A stretch of DNA of 24,699 nucleotides from Thermoplasmata archaeon (GCA_034667685.1 JAXDQU010000097.1:1-24699); one strand, 5' to 3'; counted from the stretch's first letter, positions 14,697 through 23,881 are shown. A program made the numbers and translations. Notes: generated by a model from the letters alone, not told the origin.

Positions 14697-15518
14697 TCAG
14701 GGGCGATCCGCGATGGGTCGGAGGAGTGGCGTCGCGTCGTTCCAGAGCGAGTCGAAGAGCCTCGCCTGCAGCTCGACCAGGTCCCGCGCGTCGGTCCAGA
14801 GCGAGACGTCCTCGGTCGCGGAGAGGCGGCCGGAGGGGTCGGCGACGAACGACAGGATGAGCTCGCGCCGGTCGACGACCATCATGCCGCCGGAGACGCC
14901 CTCCGGGAGCGTGCGCACCTGGGCGCGCTCGCGGAGGACCTCGCCCAGGCGCGGGTCGGGCGGCGCGCCGTTCACGATGGCGCGCACGCGGACGCCGCCG
15001 CGCAGCTTCTTGACGAGCGCCTCCAGGATGCCGCTGGCCTCGCCGAGGCTCATCGTGGCCGGATGCATGGAGAGGATGCGCAGCTCCTCGCGCGTCTCGG
15101 CGACGAGCCGGTCCGCGAGCGCCAGGAGATCGCGCCGGCCGCGGACGAAGCGGAACGTGGGCGCCGGCTGAACCGCGGGGGGCACGGCCCTGCCCAGCGC
15201 CTGCGCGACCCGGACGTCGGCGTCGCCCAATTGGCGGACCTTCGCCGTCTCGGAGCTCAGCGCCCGCGCGAAGACCTCGGCCGGGGGGCTGGCGCGGAAG
15301 CTCGCCGGGTGGCCCAGGTCCGAGAGCACGAAGCCGCGGTCCATCATGACGTGGAGGGTCCGGTAGGCGTCCTGCCGGCTGACCTTCAGCTTCTCCGCAA
15401 GCTCGGAGGCGCGCAGGGGGCCCAAGGTCGAGAGCTGCACGTAGGCGGCGGCCTGCGCGGCATCCATGCCGACAAGCTCCAACTCCTTGGTTGCCTCTGC
15501 GATCTCAGGCGTGATCAT
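14697..15518 (-). CDS. TrmB-family transcriptional regulator
   Basis: AYVQLSTLGPLRASELAEKLKVSRQDAYRTLHVMMDRGFV, PASFRASPP; C-terminal MMVVDRRELIL...FDSLW. Confidence 0.85.
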   Translation of the reverse strand: MITPEIAEATKELELVGMDAAQAAAYVQLSTLGPLRASELAEKLKVSRQDAYRTLHVMMDRGFVLSDLGHPASFRASPPAEVFARALSSETAKVRQLGDADVRVAQALGRAVPPAVQPAPTFRFVRGRRDLLALADRLVAETREELRILSMHPATMSLGEASGILEALVKKLRGGVRVRAIVNGAPPDPRLGEVLRERAQVRTLPEGVSGGMMVVDRRELILSFVADPSGRLSATEDVSLWTDARDLVELQARLFDSLWNDATPLLRPIADRP

Positions 15519-15535
15519 GCTATCGATGGCATGAT
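15514..15535. promoter_or_regulatory. 22-bp near-perfect palindrome over the TrmB start codon
   Basis: ATCATGCTATCGATGGCATGAT (one T/G mismatched pair). Confidence 0.5.
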
Positions 15536-15581
15536 GGGGTCTTCTCGGCCATCCACCTTCGTTCGGCGCGCCGCCACGATG

Positions 15582-15599
15582 CCGTTCCGTACGGGACGG
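15582..15599. promoter_or_regulatory. 18-bp near-perfect palindrome in the divergent promoter
   Basis: CCGTTCCGTACGGGACGG (one T/G mismatched pair). Confidence 0.4.
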
Positions 15600-15644
15600 A
15601 CGCACAAGCGCTCAACTACGCAGCGCGATTCATCCCCTCACGTG

Positions 15645-16076
15645 ATGGGCGACGCATCCGAGCAACCGCGAATGGTCCCAGGCTCCGAGAGCATGCTCGA
15701 GGTCCTGGATCCGATCCCCGACATCCTGGGCGATCGGGCGGCCGCGGCCCTGATCCGCTACGCGGCGGAGTCCACGGTCGCCGGACGGCTGGGGCGCGCG
15801 CCGCACGCCGAGGAGGACCTGCTCGCCGACGCGCTCGCCATCGCCTCGCGCGTCTCGCAGCACACGCTGCGGATGGTCGCGCGCAAGAACGACAGCTGGG
15901 AGTTGGAGGCGACGCCCGCGCCCGCCGTTGCGGGGCTGCGACGCGCGCTCGCCCTCGCGCTCTGCCAAGGGTCGGTGGAGGCGGCCCTGAAGGCGACGCT
16001 GCGGGTGTCAAGCCTGCGCGCCGAAGCGACCGAGAGGCCCGACGGGCGGATCCGCATCCTGGTCCGGAGGCGGTGA
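15645..16076 (+). CDS. Hypothetical protein, possibly degenerate V4R/H-NOX-like ligand-binding domain (143 aa)
   Basis: DILGDRAAAALIRYAA and LCQGSVEAAL resemble V4R elements; first gene of a tightly spaced operon. Confidence 0.55.
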   Translation: MGDASEQPRMVPGSESMLEVLDPIPDILGDRAAAALIRYAAESTVAGRLGRAPHAEEDLLADALAIASRVSQHTLRMVARKNDSWELEATPAPAVAGLRRALALALCQGSVEAALKATLRVSSLRAEATERPDGRIRILVRRR

Positions 16077-16079
16077 ACC

Positions 16080-16376
16080 GTGCCCGCGAGCGAGAGCGGC
16101 ATCGAGGACGAGCTGGAGCTGTGGATGAGCAGCGACGTGAAGGTGACGCTCGCGCGCTTCTTCCGCCAGAATCCCGGGCTCGTCGACACGCTCGCCGGGC
16201 TTTCGGTGCGCCTGGCGATCCCGCCCGAGCGGCTCGAGCCGCAGCTCCAGGACCACGTGCGCCTCGGCCTGGTCCGGGCGCGCGGCCACGGCGAGAAGTC
16301 GTTCTACATGCTCGACCCGCGCCGGCGCGCGCAGTTGGAGGACGCGATCGTCCGGCGCGCGGAGGGCCGCCGATGA
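16080..16376 (+). CDS. Small winged-HTH protein
   Basis: KVTLARFFRQNPGLVDTLAGLSVRLAIPPERLEPQLQDHVRLGLV...SFYML; ATGA-coupled to the next gene. Confidence 0.75.
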   Translation: MPASESGIEDELELWMSSDVKVTLARFFRQNPGLVDTLAGLSVRLAIPPERLEPQLQDHVRLGLVRARGHGEKSFYMLDPRRRAQLEDAIVRRAEGRR

Positions 16377-17161
16377 GCGCGCAGGCGACGCGCGGCCGGG
16401 CCGCGGGAGCCGCGCGCCTCCCCACGGGCGTCGCGGGGCTCGACACGATGCTCTTCGGCGGGATCCGCGCGGGCGACTCGACGCTCGTCGTGGGAAGCCC
16501 TGGCACGGGCAAGACGACGCTCGGGCTCCACTTCATCGCGGCCGGCGTCGAGCGCGGCGAGCCGGGCGTCTTCGTCACGTTCGAGTACCTGCCCCAGCAG
16601 CTCTACGAAGACGCCGAGCGCCACGGCATCCCCCTGCGCGCCTGGGAGGAGGCGGGGCGCGCGAAGGTCCTCTGCACGACGCCCGAGGTGCTCGTCATGC
16701 CCACCGACGAGGGCTCCCTGCTCCAGGAGGCCGTCGCGGAGATCGGCGCGAAGCGCGTCGTGGTGGACAGCATGGCCCAGTTCCAGCACGGCGGCTCCGA
16801 TCGGGACCGGCTGCGCGGCGAGGTGGCCGGCATCCTGAACCACATGCGGCTCCTGGGCGTGACCGCGCTGCTCACCCACGAGGCGCCCCAGATCATCTCG
16901 CCCATCGTGACGCTGAGCGAATGGGGGCTGGAGTTCCTCGTCGACAACGTGGTCATGCTCCGCTACGTGGAGCTGGGCGGCGAGCTCGACAAGGCGATCA
17001 GCGTCCTCAAGTTCCGCGCCGGCGGGCACGACCGCCGCTATCACCGCGTCACGCTGGGCGACCGGGGCATGTCCGTCGAGGCGGGCTTCGAGGACGTCGA
17101 GAACATCAGCGTCGGCAGCGCGCGCCGCAGCATGTCGCAGCGGGTCAAGGAGCTGGTCTGA
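16373..17161 (+). CDS. Single-domain KaiC/RAD55-like RecA-superfamily ATPase (262 aa)
   Basis: TGVAGLDTMLFGGI, Walker A GSPGTGKTT, Walker B RVVVDS, LVDNVVMLRY, ISVLKFR. Confidence 0.9.
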   Translation: MSAQATRGRAAGAARLPTGVAGLDTMLFGGIRAGDSTLVVGSPGTGKTTLGLHFIAAGVERGEPGVFVTFEYLPQQLYEDAERHGIPLRAWEEAGRAKVLCTTPEVLVMPTDEGSLLQEAVAEIGAKRVVVDSMAQFQHGGSDRDRLRGEVAGILNHMRLLGVTALLTHEAPQIISPIVTLSEWGLEFLVDNVVMLRYVELGGELDKAISVLKFRAGGHDRRYHRVTLGDRGMSVEAGFEDVENISVGSARRSMSQRVKELV

Positions 17162-17932
17162 ATGTCGGAGATGACGCTCCTCGCGGGAGGCGCCACGTCG
17201 CTCCTCAGCGGCATCGTCTACGCGGTCGTGGGCGCGCGCATCGCCTCGAAGCCGGGCGGCTCGGACGACCGCACGGCGCTGCGCGCGTTCGGCGCGTGGT
17301 GGCTGGGCCTCTCGCTGCTGGCCCTCGTGGGCGCCTTCGAGACCTTCCTCTGGCTCGCGGGCGCGCGGGCGCCCGTCTTCCACGTCCCGATCCTGTACCT
17401 CACGCTGATCCCGCTCTTCGTCGCCCTGTGGGGGATCTTCTACTATCTCGCGTACCTCTTCTCCGGCCGCAGGAGCCTGCTCTGGATCTCGGCCGCGCTC
17501 TACGCGGGTCTCTATGCCGTCTTCGTCGTGATCGTCGTCACGCTCGATCCCGTGGGCGTGAAGGCGATGACGTGGGACGTGCGCGTGGAGTACGGCGCCA
17601 CGCTCTCGCCCGCCGCGACGCTCGTCGCCACGCTGCTCCTGCTCGTGCCGATCCTCCTGGCGGCCGTCGCGTACGGGTCGCTGATCTTCCGGCTCCGCGA
17701 TCCGGCGCAGCGCTTCCGCGTGATCGTCGTCTGCGTCTCGCTCCTCGTCTGGTTCGGCGGGCCGCTGGGCGCGCAGTTCGCGGGCTTCGGCGAGAGCGAC
17801 GCCTGGGCGATGGCGAACCGCTTCCTCAGCCTCGCGTGCGCCCTCGCCATCCTCTTCGCCTATCGCCCCAGCGCGCGAGTGCTCCGGCGCGTCATGCGCG
17901 GCAGCGGCCAAGGGGGCGACCGCAGTGGGTGA
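17162..17932 (+). CDS. Stand-alone ~7-TM membrane protein (putative sensor)
   Basis: Seven hydrophobic segments, no soluble output domain; abuts the ATPase gene and overlaps the kinase start by 8 nt. Confidence 0.8.
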   Translation: MSEMTLLAGGATSLLSGIVYAVVGARIASKPGGSDDRTALRAFGAWWLGLSLLALVGAFETFLWLAGARAPVFHVPILYLTLIPLFVALWGIFYYLAYLFSGRRSLLWISAALYAGLYAVFVVIVVTLDPVGVKAMTWDVRVEYGATLSPAATLVATLLLLVPILLAAVAYGSLIFRLRDPAQRFRVIVVCVSLLVWFGGPLGAQFAGFGESDAWAMANRFLSLACALAILFAYRPSARVLRRVMRGSGQGGDRSG

Positions 17933-20375
17933 CGCGCGCTTCACGAAGCACTACGATCGCGTCCGCGAGGCGATGAACTCGATCGACGAGATCGAGCGCA
18001 TGTCGGACGACGACCTCGTCCAGGCGCTGGGCGCCGCCTCGCGCAACCGCGACCCCTACCTCGCCAACGTGCTCACCACGGCGGTGCTCAACCGCACGCG
18101 GCGCGGCCGGGCGGTGATCGAGACGATCGGCGACGGCGTCTGCATCGTGGACCGCAAGGGCATCGTGACGTTCGCCAACCCCGCGGCCGCGAAGCTCCTG
18201 GGCTGGGCGATCCACGAGCTGCAAGGGACCTACTTCCACGCCATCGCGCACCTTCACCTGGGGCGCCACCACGAGCAGCGCGACGACTGCCCGCTGGAGG
18301 CCGCGCTCCGCAACGCCCCAGCCGCCCGCGCGGACGAGAGCATCCCGGTCGTGCGCGTCGACGACTCCTTCAGCCGCCGCGAAGGCATGCCCATCGAGGT
18401 CGCGTGCGCGATCTCGACGATCGTGGTGGACGGCATCCCGGACGCGAGCGTCGTCCTCTTCCAGGACGTCAGCGAGCGCAAACGGGCGCAGACCCTGCTC
18501 GTCGAGCAGACGCGCGTGCTGGAGAGCGCGGTGGAGAAGACGCTCGGCGAGCTTGCGCACCGCGACCGCGTGGAGCGCCGGTTCGCGAGCATCCTCGCCG
18601 CGCTGCCCGAGGGCTTCGTCATCACCGACGCGTCGGGCGTCATCACGATGGCGAGCCGCGCGACGGAGACGATGTTCGGCTACGGGCCCGGCGAGCTCGT
18701 CGGCGAGCTTGCGGGCGTCCTCCTCCCCGAGCGTTTCCGCTCGCCGGAAGCCCCGCAGGCGCCCTCCGCCGGGCAGCCGAGCCCCTCCGCGCGCATCGAG
18801 ATCGCCGGGCGCCGCAAGGACGGCACCGAGTTCCCCATCGAGGTCACGACCTCCGCGTTCGAGGACGTCGAGGGCCCCGCGCAGGTCACGATCATCCACG
18901 ACGTGGGCGCGCGAAGGCTGCGCGAGGAGACGCTGCGGCACAACGAGGCGACGTTCAACCAGGCGCAGGCGCTCGCCGGCGTGGGGTCGTGGGAGCTCGA
19001 CCTGGAGACGGGCCGGCTCTCGTGGTCCGACGAGATGTATCGCCTCTGCGGCTTCGCGCCGCGCGAGCTGGATCCGACGTGGGCCGGCTTCCTTCTGATC
19101 ATCCACCCCGAGGACCGCGCGGCCCTCGAGTCCGCGCTCGCGCGGGCCAAGGAAAGCGGCGACGCCCCCGTGACCGTCGAGGCGCGCGTCCTTCCCACGG
19201 AGGGCGGCGCGAGGAGCCTGCACGTGCGGATGGTGGCGCTGCCGCGGCCGGGGGGCGGGACGCGCGTCCTGGGCACGGCGCGCGACGTCGCCGTCGAGCG
19301 GGAGCTGCGCGACGCGGTCGAGCACTGGACGACGCGCTTCCACGCGGTGCTCGGCCACCTCCACGAGGGGATCGTGCTCGTGGGCGCCGACCGCGCCGTG
19401 CGGGCCGCCAACGCCCAGGCGCGCGACCATGGCGCGCTCGACGCCCACGGCGCGCTCTCCGAGGCGCTCCGGTCGTACGTGGACCGCGTCTCGCCCAAGA
19501 GCGCCGGGGGCGTGGCGCGCGTCGCGCTCCGGCTCCCCGCGGGCGAGGAGGTCACGGAGATCGTCGAGACGCGCCCGCTGCGGGACGACCTGCTCGTGAT
19601 CGTCGAGGATCCCTCCAAGCTCGACGCGATGGAGGCCAAGCTGCGCGAGGCGACGACGGAGCTGGAGAAGCGCGTCGCGGAGCGGACCGCCGCGCTCACG
19701 CGCAACTACCGCGAGATGGAGGCGTTCAGCTACACGGTCTCGCACGACCTGCAGGCGCCGCTGCGGGGGCTCGACTTCCTCCTCACCGTCGCGCTCGAGG
19801 ACCACGCGCCCAAGGACGGGAAGCTGCGGGCGGACCTCATGCGGATGAGCGAGGAGGTCGCGCGCCTGCGGGCGTTCGTGAAGGCCGCGCTCCAGCTCGC
19901 GCGCATCGGCGTGCAGCCCATGGACCGGACGCGCGTGGACCTCTCGCAGCTCGCGACGGACCTCGCCGAGCAGATGCGCCACGCCTTCCCCGGCCGGCTC
20001 GTGGACGTCACGGTCCAGCCGGGCATGGCGGCCGACGCCGACGCCGCGCTCGCCAAGACGCTCCTGGAGAACCTGCTCTCCAACGCCTGGAAGTACTCGG
20101 CCAGCCGCTCCGTGGCGCGCGTCGAGGTCGGCACCGTGCCGGGCTCGCCCGCGACGTTCTTCGTGCGCGACGACGGCGACGGGTTCGACATGCGCGAGGC
20201 CTCGCGGCTCTTCCAGCCCTTCACGCGCCTGGCCCGCGCGAGCACGAAGGAGGGCTCCGGCGTCGGGCTCGCCAGCGCGAAGCGCGTGGTGGAGGCGCAC
20301 GGCGGGCGCATCTGGGCGGAGAGCGCGCCGGGCAAGGGCGCGACGTTTTTCTTCACGCTCAGAACCGCTTCTTGA
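17925..20375 (+). CDS. Cytoplasmic multi-PAS sensor histidine kinase
   Basis: Three clear PAS domains (FANPAAAKLLGW; ETMFGY...RRKDGTEFPIEV; WSDEMYRL...IHPED) plus a degenerate fourth; H-box SHDLQAPL, N-box NLLSNAWKY, DDGDGFD, GSGVGLA, GATFFF. Confidence 0.93.
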   Translation: MGDARFTKHYDRVREAMNSIDEIERMSDDDLVQALGAASRNRDPYLANVLTTAVLNRTRRGRAVIETIGDGVCIVDRKGIVTFANPAAAKLLGWAIHELQGTYFHAIAHLHLGRHHEQRDDCPLEAALRNAPAARADESIPVVRVDDSFSRREGMPIEVACAISTIVVDGIPDASVVLFQDVSERKRAQTLLVEQTRVLESAVEKTLGELAHRDRVERRFASILAALPEGFVITDASGVITMASRATETMFGYGPGELVGELAGVLLPERFRSPEAPQAPSAGQPSPSARIEIAGRRKDGTEFPIEVTTSAFEDVEGPAQVTIIHDVGARRLREETLRHNEATFNQAQALAGVGSWELDLETGRLSWSDEMYRLCGFAPRELDPTWAGFLLIIHPEDRAALESALARAKESGDAPVTVEARVLPTEGGARSLHVRMVALPRPGGGTRVLGTARDVAVERELRDAVEHWTTRFHAVLGHLHEGIVLVGADRAVRAANAQARDHGALDAHGALSEALRSYVDRVSPKSAGGVARVALRLPAGEEVTEIVETRPLRDDLLVIVEDPSKLDAMEAKLREATTELEKRVAERTAALTRNYREMEAFSYTVSHDLQAPLRGLDFLLTVALEDHAPKDGKLRADLMRMSEEVARLRAFVKAALQLARIGVQPMDRTRVDLSQLATDLAEQMRHAFPGRLVDVTVQPGMAADADAALAKTLLENLLSNAWKYSASRSVARVEVGTVPGSPATFFVRDDGDGFDMREASRLFQPFTRLARASTKEGSGVGLASAKRVVEAHGGRIWAESAPGKGATFFFTLRTAS

Positions 20376-20378
20376 CCG

Positions 20379-20576
20379 TCAGAACAGCTTCTTGACCTGC
20401 TCGTTCTCGTCGACGAGGTCAGGCCCGGCCTGGACGACGTGCTCGAAGTAGTAGTCGAGGGCCTCCTCGATCGCGTCGCTCATGCGTTTGTTGCGCAGGA
20501 GCTTGAGCGCGTGCAGCTTCAGGTGGTAGCTGACGTCGATCTTGACGCGCAGCTCTTTGACGTCCCCGTCGGACAA
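20379..20576 (-). CDS. Small ribbon-helix-helix-like protein (65 aa, TTG start inferred)
   Basis: C-terminal end of ORF 20379..23792: KELRVKIDVSYHLKLHALKLLRNKRMSDAIEEALDYYF. Confidence 0.7.
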   Translation of the reverse strand: MSDGDVKELRVKIDVSYHLKLHALKLLRNKRMSDAIEEALDYYFEHVVQAGPDLVDENEQVKKLF

Positions 20577-20663
20577 GCGAAGTCCTGCCGATTCTCTCCG
20601 TCGAGACGAAAAGGGTTCTCGTTCGGTCGGCGCAGGACGGGCTGCCAGGCAGGCGACCACCCA

Positions 20664-20669
20664 TTTAAC
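20664..20669 (+). promoter_or_regulatory. Possible TATA box (TTTAAC) for the PKD protein gene
   Basis: TATA-like run in the intergenic region, about 80 nt upstream of ATG20748. Confidence 0.4.
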
Positions 20670-20747
20670 CGGCGCGGGTAGCGTCGCGGTGTCAGGTCGC
20701 CACGTGCAGCCGGTTCCTTGCCTGGCTGGCGAAGAGGCTCCCCGCAC

Positions 20748-23363
20748 ATGTTGGGGATCCGTTGGGGCGCGGCGCTGGTCGCCGTGGCGATGCTCGCGAG
20801 CGCGCTGCCGCTGGCGCCGGCCGCGACGCCGGGCGCCGTGGGGCTGGGCGTGAACGTGGACGGCGCCGCGGCGGTGAAGGCCGTCGGCGGGAGCGGGACG
20901 TACGCCTCGTTCTGGGCGGGCGCGTGGATGGCGACCTCCGGCTGGGGCGGGCTCGACGGCGCGATCGCCTCGGCCCGCGCCGCGGGCGCGACGCCGCTCG
21001 TCTACTGGTACTACTGGGGCGACTCCATCTCGCCCGCGTGCGTCGAGAGCGGATGCAGCGGCAAGTCCCGCGCGCAGTGGGACGCCATGACGACGACGCT
21101 CGTGGGCCACCTCCAGGGCGACCTCGCCGGCGCGCCGGCCGTCGTCGTGCTGGAGAACGAGTTCAACAAGAACGGCGTCGACGCGGCAAGCTACGCGCCC
21201 ACGTTCGACGCCTACCTCGCCGCGAAGGCGGTGGCGCTCCACCAGGTGCCCAACGCGACCGTCGTGCTCGGCTTCGGCGGCTGGGGCGAAGGGAGCTGGG
21301 GCCTCTTCCCGAAGGCCATCGCGGCGTCCGACCTCGTGGGATTCCAGACGATGCGCGCCAGCACGCGCGACACCGTCGCCTCCTACACCGGCGCGCCCGA
21401 CCGCATCGCGCAGCTCGTGGCCGCGGCCAGCGGCGTGGGCGCGAGGGGATCGTTCCTCTACGACCTCGCGCTGTCGAGCTACCCGGACGCCACGTGGGAA
21501 GGCTATCAGAACCAGACGCTCGCCGCGATCCTCGCCAAGGCGCCCGCGCTCGCGCAGCAGGGGCTCGCGGGCATCGTGTACCGCGAGGTCAACGACAACC
21601 CGGGCATGAGCCCGGCCAACTACTACGGCTACGCCGAGCAGCATTGGGGCCTGCGCGACAGCGGCGGGACTCCGAAGGCCGCCTGGGGCACGTGGACCGG
21701 AGGCGCTGCGCCGGCGCCCGCTCCCGCGCCGCCCGCCGTGCCTGGCTCGTTCGAGGGCGAGTCGATGCGCGCCACCACCGGAGGGCGCGTCGCGGACGCC
21801 TCGGCCTCGGGCGGCGCCGTGTGGAACCTCTGGTCCAATGGCGCGGTCTCGCAGGTGATGAGCGCGACCGCGGGCGCCTACCAGATCCTCGTCACGGCGC
21901 GCGGCTCGCCGGCCAGCGGCGCGTGGCCCACGATGGAGGTGCGGCTCAACGGCGCGCTCCTGGGCACCGCCAACGTCGCGTCGAGCGCCCTGACGAGCTA
22001 TCGTTTTCCTGCCAGCTTTCCTGACGGCGCCTCCACCCTGAGCCTCTCCTTCACCAACGACCTCATGACCTCCACGGAGGACCGCAACCTGTACGTCGAC
22101 GTCGCGCGCATCGCGGCGAACCGGGCGCCCGTCGCGTCGTTCGCCACGAGCGGCGCGAACCTCAGCGTCGTGGTGGACGGCTCGGCCTCCTCCGATCCCG
22201 ACGGCGATGCGCTCTCCTACGCCTGGGACTTCGGCGACGGAGCCACCGCGACGGGCGCGAGCGTGACGCACGCGTACGCCACCGGCGGCGCGTACCAGAT
22301 CGCGTTGACCGTGAGCGACGGGCACGCGACGGCGCGCGCCACCGCCAACGTCACCGCCGTCCCGCCCAACCGCGCGCCCACCGCGGCCTTCCAGGTCGCG
22401 GGCGCCAACCTCACGTGGGCCTTCGACGCCACCGGCTCGCGGGACGCGGACGGCGACGCGCTCACCTACCTGTGGAGCTTCGGCGACGGCGCGAGCGCGA
22501 CCGGCCCGACCACCTCGCACACCTACGCGGCGCCGGGCAGCTACGCGGCGCGCGTGGTCGTCAGCGACGGCCGCGCGAACGCGAGCGCGACCGCGCAGGT
22601 GACCGCCTCCTACCCGCCCCCGCGCGCGGCGTTCAACGTCACGGGCGGCGGCGCGACCTTCAGCTTCGACGCGAGCGCGTCGGAGGGCGCCGCGCCGCTC
22701 TCCTACCGCTGGGACTTCGGCGACGGGAGCACCGCCACGGGCGCGACGACGACGCACGCCTACGCCACGGGCGGCGCGCGCGCCGTGACGCTGAGCGTGA
22801 GCGACGGCTACGCGACCGCGACGGCGCAGCGCGTCGTCAACGCGACGGTCCAGCCCTTCGCCGCGACGTTCAGCACCAACGGCGGCAACGCCTGGTGGCT
22901 CGCCACGCGCGTGAGCGCCAACGAGCCAATCGCGGGCGTGTGCGCGTCGATCAACGGAGGGGCATGCCAGCCGCTCACGCTCCAGAGCTGGGGCGAGTGG
23001 GCCGCGTCGTACAGCGCGCCCAACGGGTCGCGCGTCACGTTCACCGCGACGAGCACGCTGGGCCACAACGCGACCTCGCCGGGGTACTTCTGGACGAGCG
23101 GCGTGCCCTGGGGCAACGCCACCTTCTCGGGCGTCAGCGGCAACAACTGGTGGGTGCAGGCCAGCGTCGGCTCGAACCTGCCCGTCGCCGGCGTGTGCGC
23201 GTCGGTGAATGGCGGCACGTGCCAGGCGCTCGCGCTCCAGAGCTGGGGCGGATGGGCGGCGTCGATCCACGCGGCCGACAACGCGAATGTCGCGTTCCGC
23301 GCGACGCTCTCCACCGGGCAGGTCGTCGCGAGCGCCGCCTACACGTGGTCGAGCAAGGTCTAG
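20748..23363 (+). CDS. Secreted modular protein: GH-like catalytic domain, Pro/Ala linker, CBM-like domain, 3x PKD, 2x Trp-rich C-terminal repeats
   Basis: Signal peptide; VVVLENEFN; PAPAPAPP; FEGESM...FTND...EDRNLYVD; three W[D/S]FGDG PKD motifs; NAWWLAT and NNWWVQA repeats. Confidence 0.85.
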   Translation: MLGIRWGAALVAVAMLASALPLAPAATPGAVGLGVNVDGAAAVKAVGGSGTYASFWAGAWMATSGWGGLDGAIASARAAGATPLVYWYYWGDSISPACVESGCSGKSRAQWDAMTTTLVGHLQGDLAGAPAVVVLENEFNKNGVDAASYAPTFDAYLAAKAVALHQVPNATVVLGFGGWGEGSWGLFPKAIAASDLVGFQTMRASTRDTVASYTGAPDRIAQLVAAASGVGARGSFLYDLALSSYPDATWEGYQNQTLAAILAKAPALAQQGLAGIVYREVNDNPGMSPANYYGYAEQHWGLRDSGGTPKAAWGTWTGGAAPAPAPAPPAVPGSFEGESMRATTGGRVADASASGGAVWNLWSNGAVSQVMSATAGAYQILVTARGSPASGAWPTMEVRLNGALLGTANVASSALTSYRFPASFPDGASTLSLSFTNDLMTSTEDRNLYVDVARIAANRAPVASFATSGANLSVVVDGSASSDPDGDALSYAWDFGDGATATGASVTHAYATGGAYQIALTVSDGHATARATANVTAVPPNRAPTAAFQVAGANLTWAFDATGSRDADGDALTYLWSFGDGASATGPTTSHTYAAPGSYAARVVVSDGRANASATAQVTASYPPPRAAFNVTGGGATFSFDASASEGAAPLSYRWDFGDGSTATGATTTHAYATGGARAVTLSVSDGYATATAQRVVNATVQPFAATFSTNGGNAWWLATRVSANEPIAGVCASINGGACQPLTLQSWGEWAASYSAPNGSRVTFTATSTLGHNATSPGYFWTSGVPWGNATFSGVSGNNWWVQASVGSNLPVAGVCASVNGGTCQALALQSWGGWAASIHAADNANVAFRATLSTGQVVASAAYTWSSKV

Positions 23364-23836
23364 GACTTCGCGGCCTCGCGCCGGTGCGCATTCAGGTAGG
23401 ACGTCAGCGGCGTCACGAACGCCGCGGTCTTCCCGCCGTGCTTCGTGAGGAAGTACTCGATGCGCACCGGCTGCTCGTCGAAGACCTGCCGGTCCACGAG
23501 CCCCTCCTCGCGCAGCACCTTGAGCTTGTCCGAGAGCGTGCGCGACGAGAGCCCCAGGAGGCCCTGCAGCTCGCCGAACCGCGCCCGGCGCTGGATCGCC
23601 AGCACGTAGAGGATCTCGCACATCCACGGCTGGAAGACCACCTGGCAGGCGCGCATCGAGGCGTGGACCCAGCGCGCCTGGTCCTCGGGCGAGAGGCCCG
23701 CGAGGTAGGTCTCCACGCCGCGGTTCTGCGCGTTGGCCTGCTGGAGCACGCCGCGCAGGAAGGCCTGCATCTGGGCCACCGGAACCGGGCACTCGGCCAC
23801 GAACTCGCTGTTGCGGATGGAAGCGGCTTTGCCCAT
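23360..23836 (-). CDS. HxlR-family winged-HTH regulator with N-terminal extension
   Basis: PWMCEILYVL, RFGELQGLLGLSSRTLSDKLKVLREEGLVDR, PVRIEYFLTKHG. Confidence 0.88.
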   Translation of the reverse strand: MGKAASIRNSEFVAECPVPVAQMQAFLRGVLQQANAQNRGVETYLAGLSPEDQARWVHASMRACQVVFQPWMCEILYVLAIQRRARFGELQGLLGLSSRTLSDKLKVLREEGLVDRQVFDEQPVRIEYFLTKHGGKTAAFVTPLTSYLNAHRREAAKS

Positions 23837-23881
23837 CGCGATCACGTCCTTATGGTGTCCGGACGGAATAGACTTTGCCAG

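Noticed and set aside
16373-17161. Circadian kaiC or archaellum arlH call
   Set aside because: Single domain, no S/T phosphosites, and no kaiA/kaiB or arl neighbours
17892-20300. 802-aa minus-strand ORF
   Set aside because: Antisense shadow of the histidine kinase
20577-23792. 1137-aa minus-strand ORF as a single protein
   Set aside because: Antisense to the PKD protein; only the last 65 codons look like a real RHH gene
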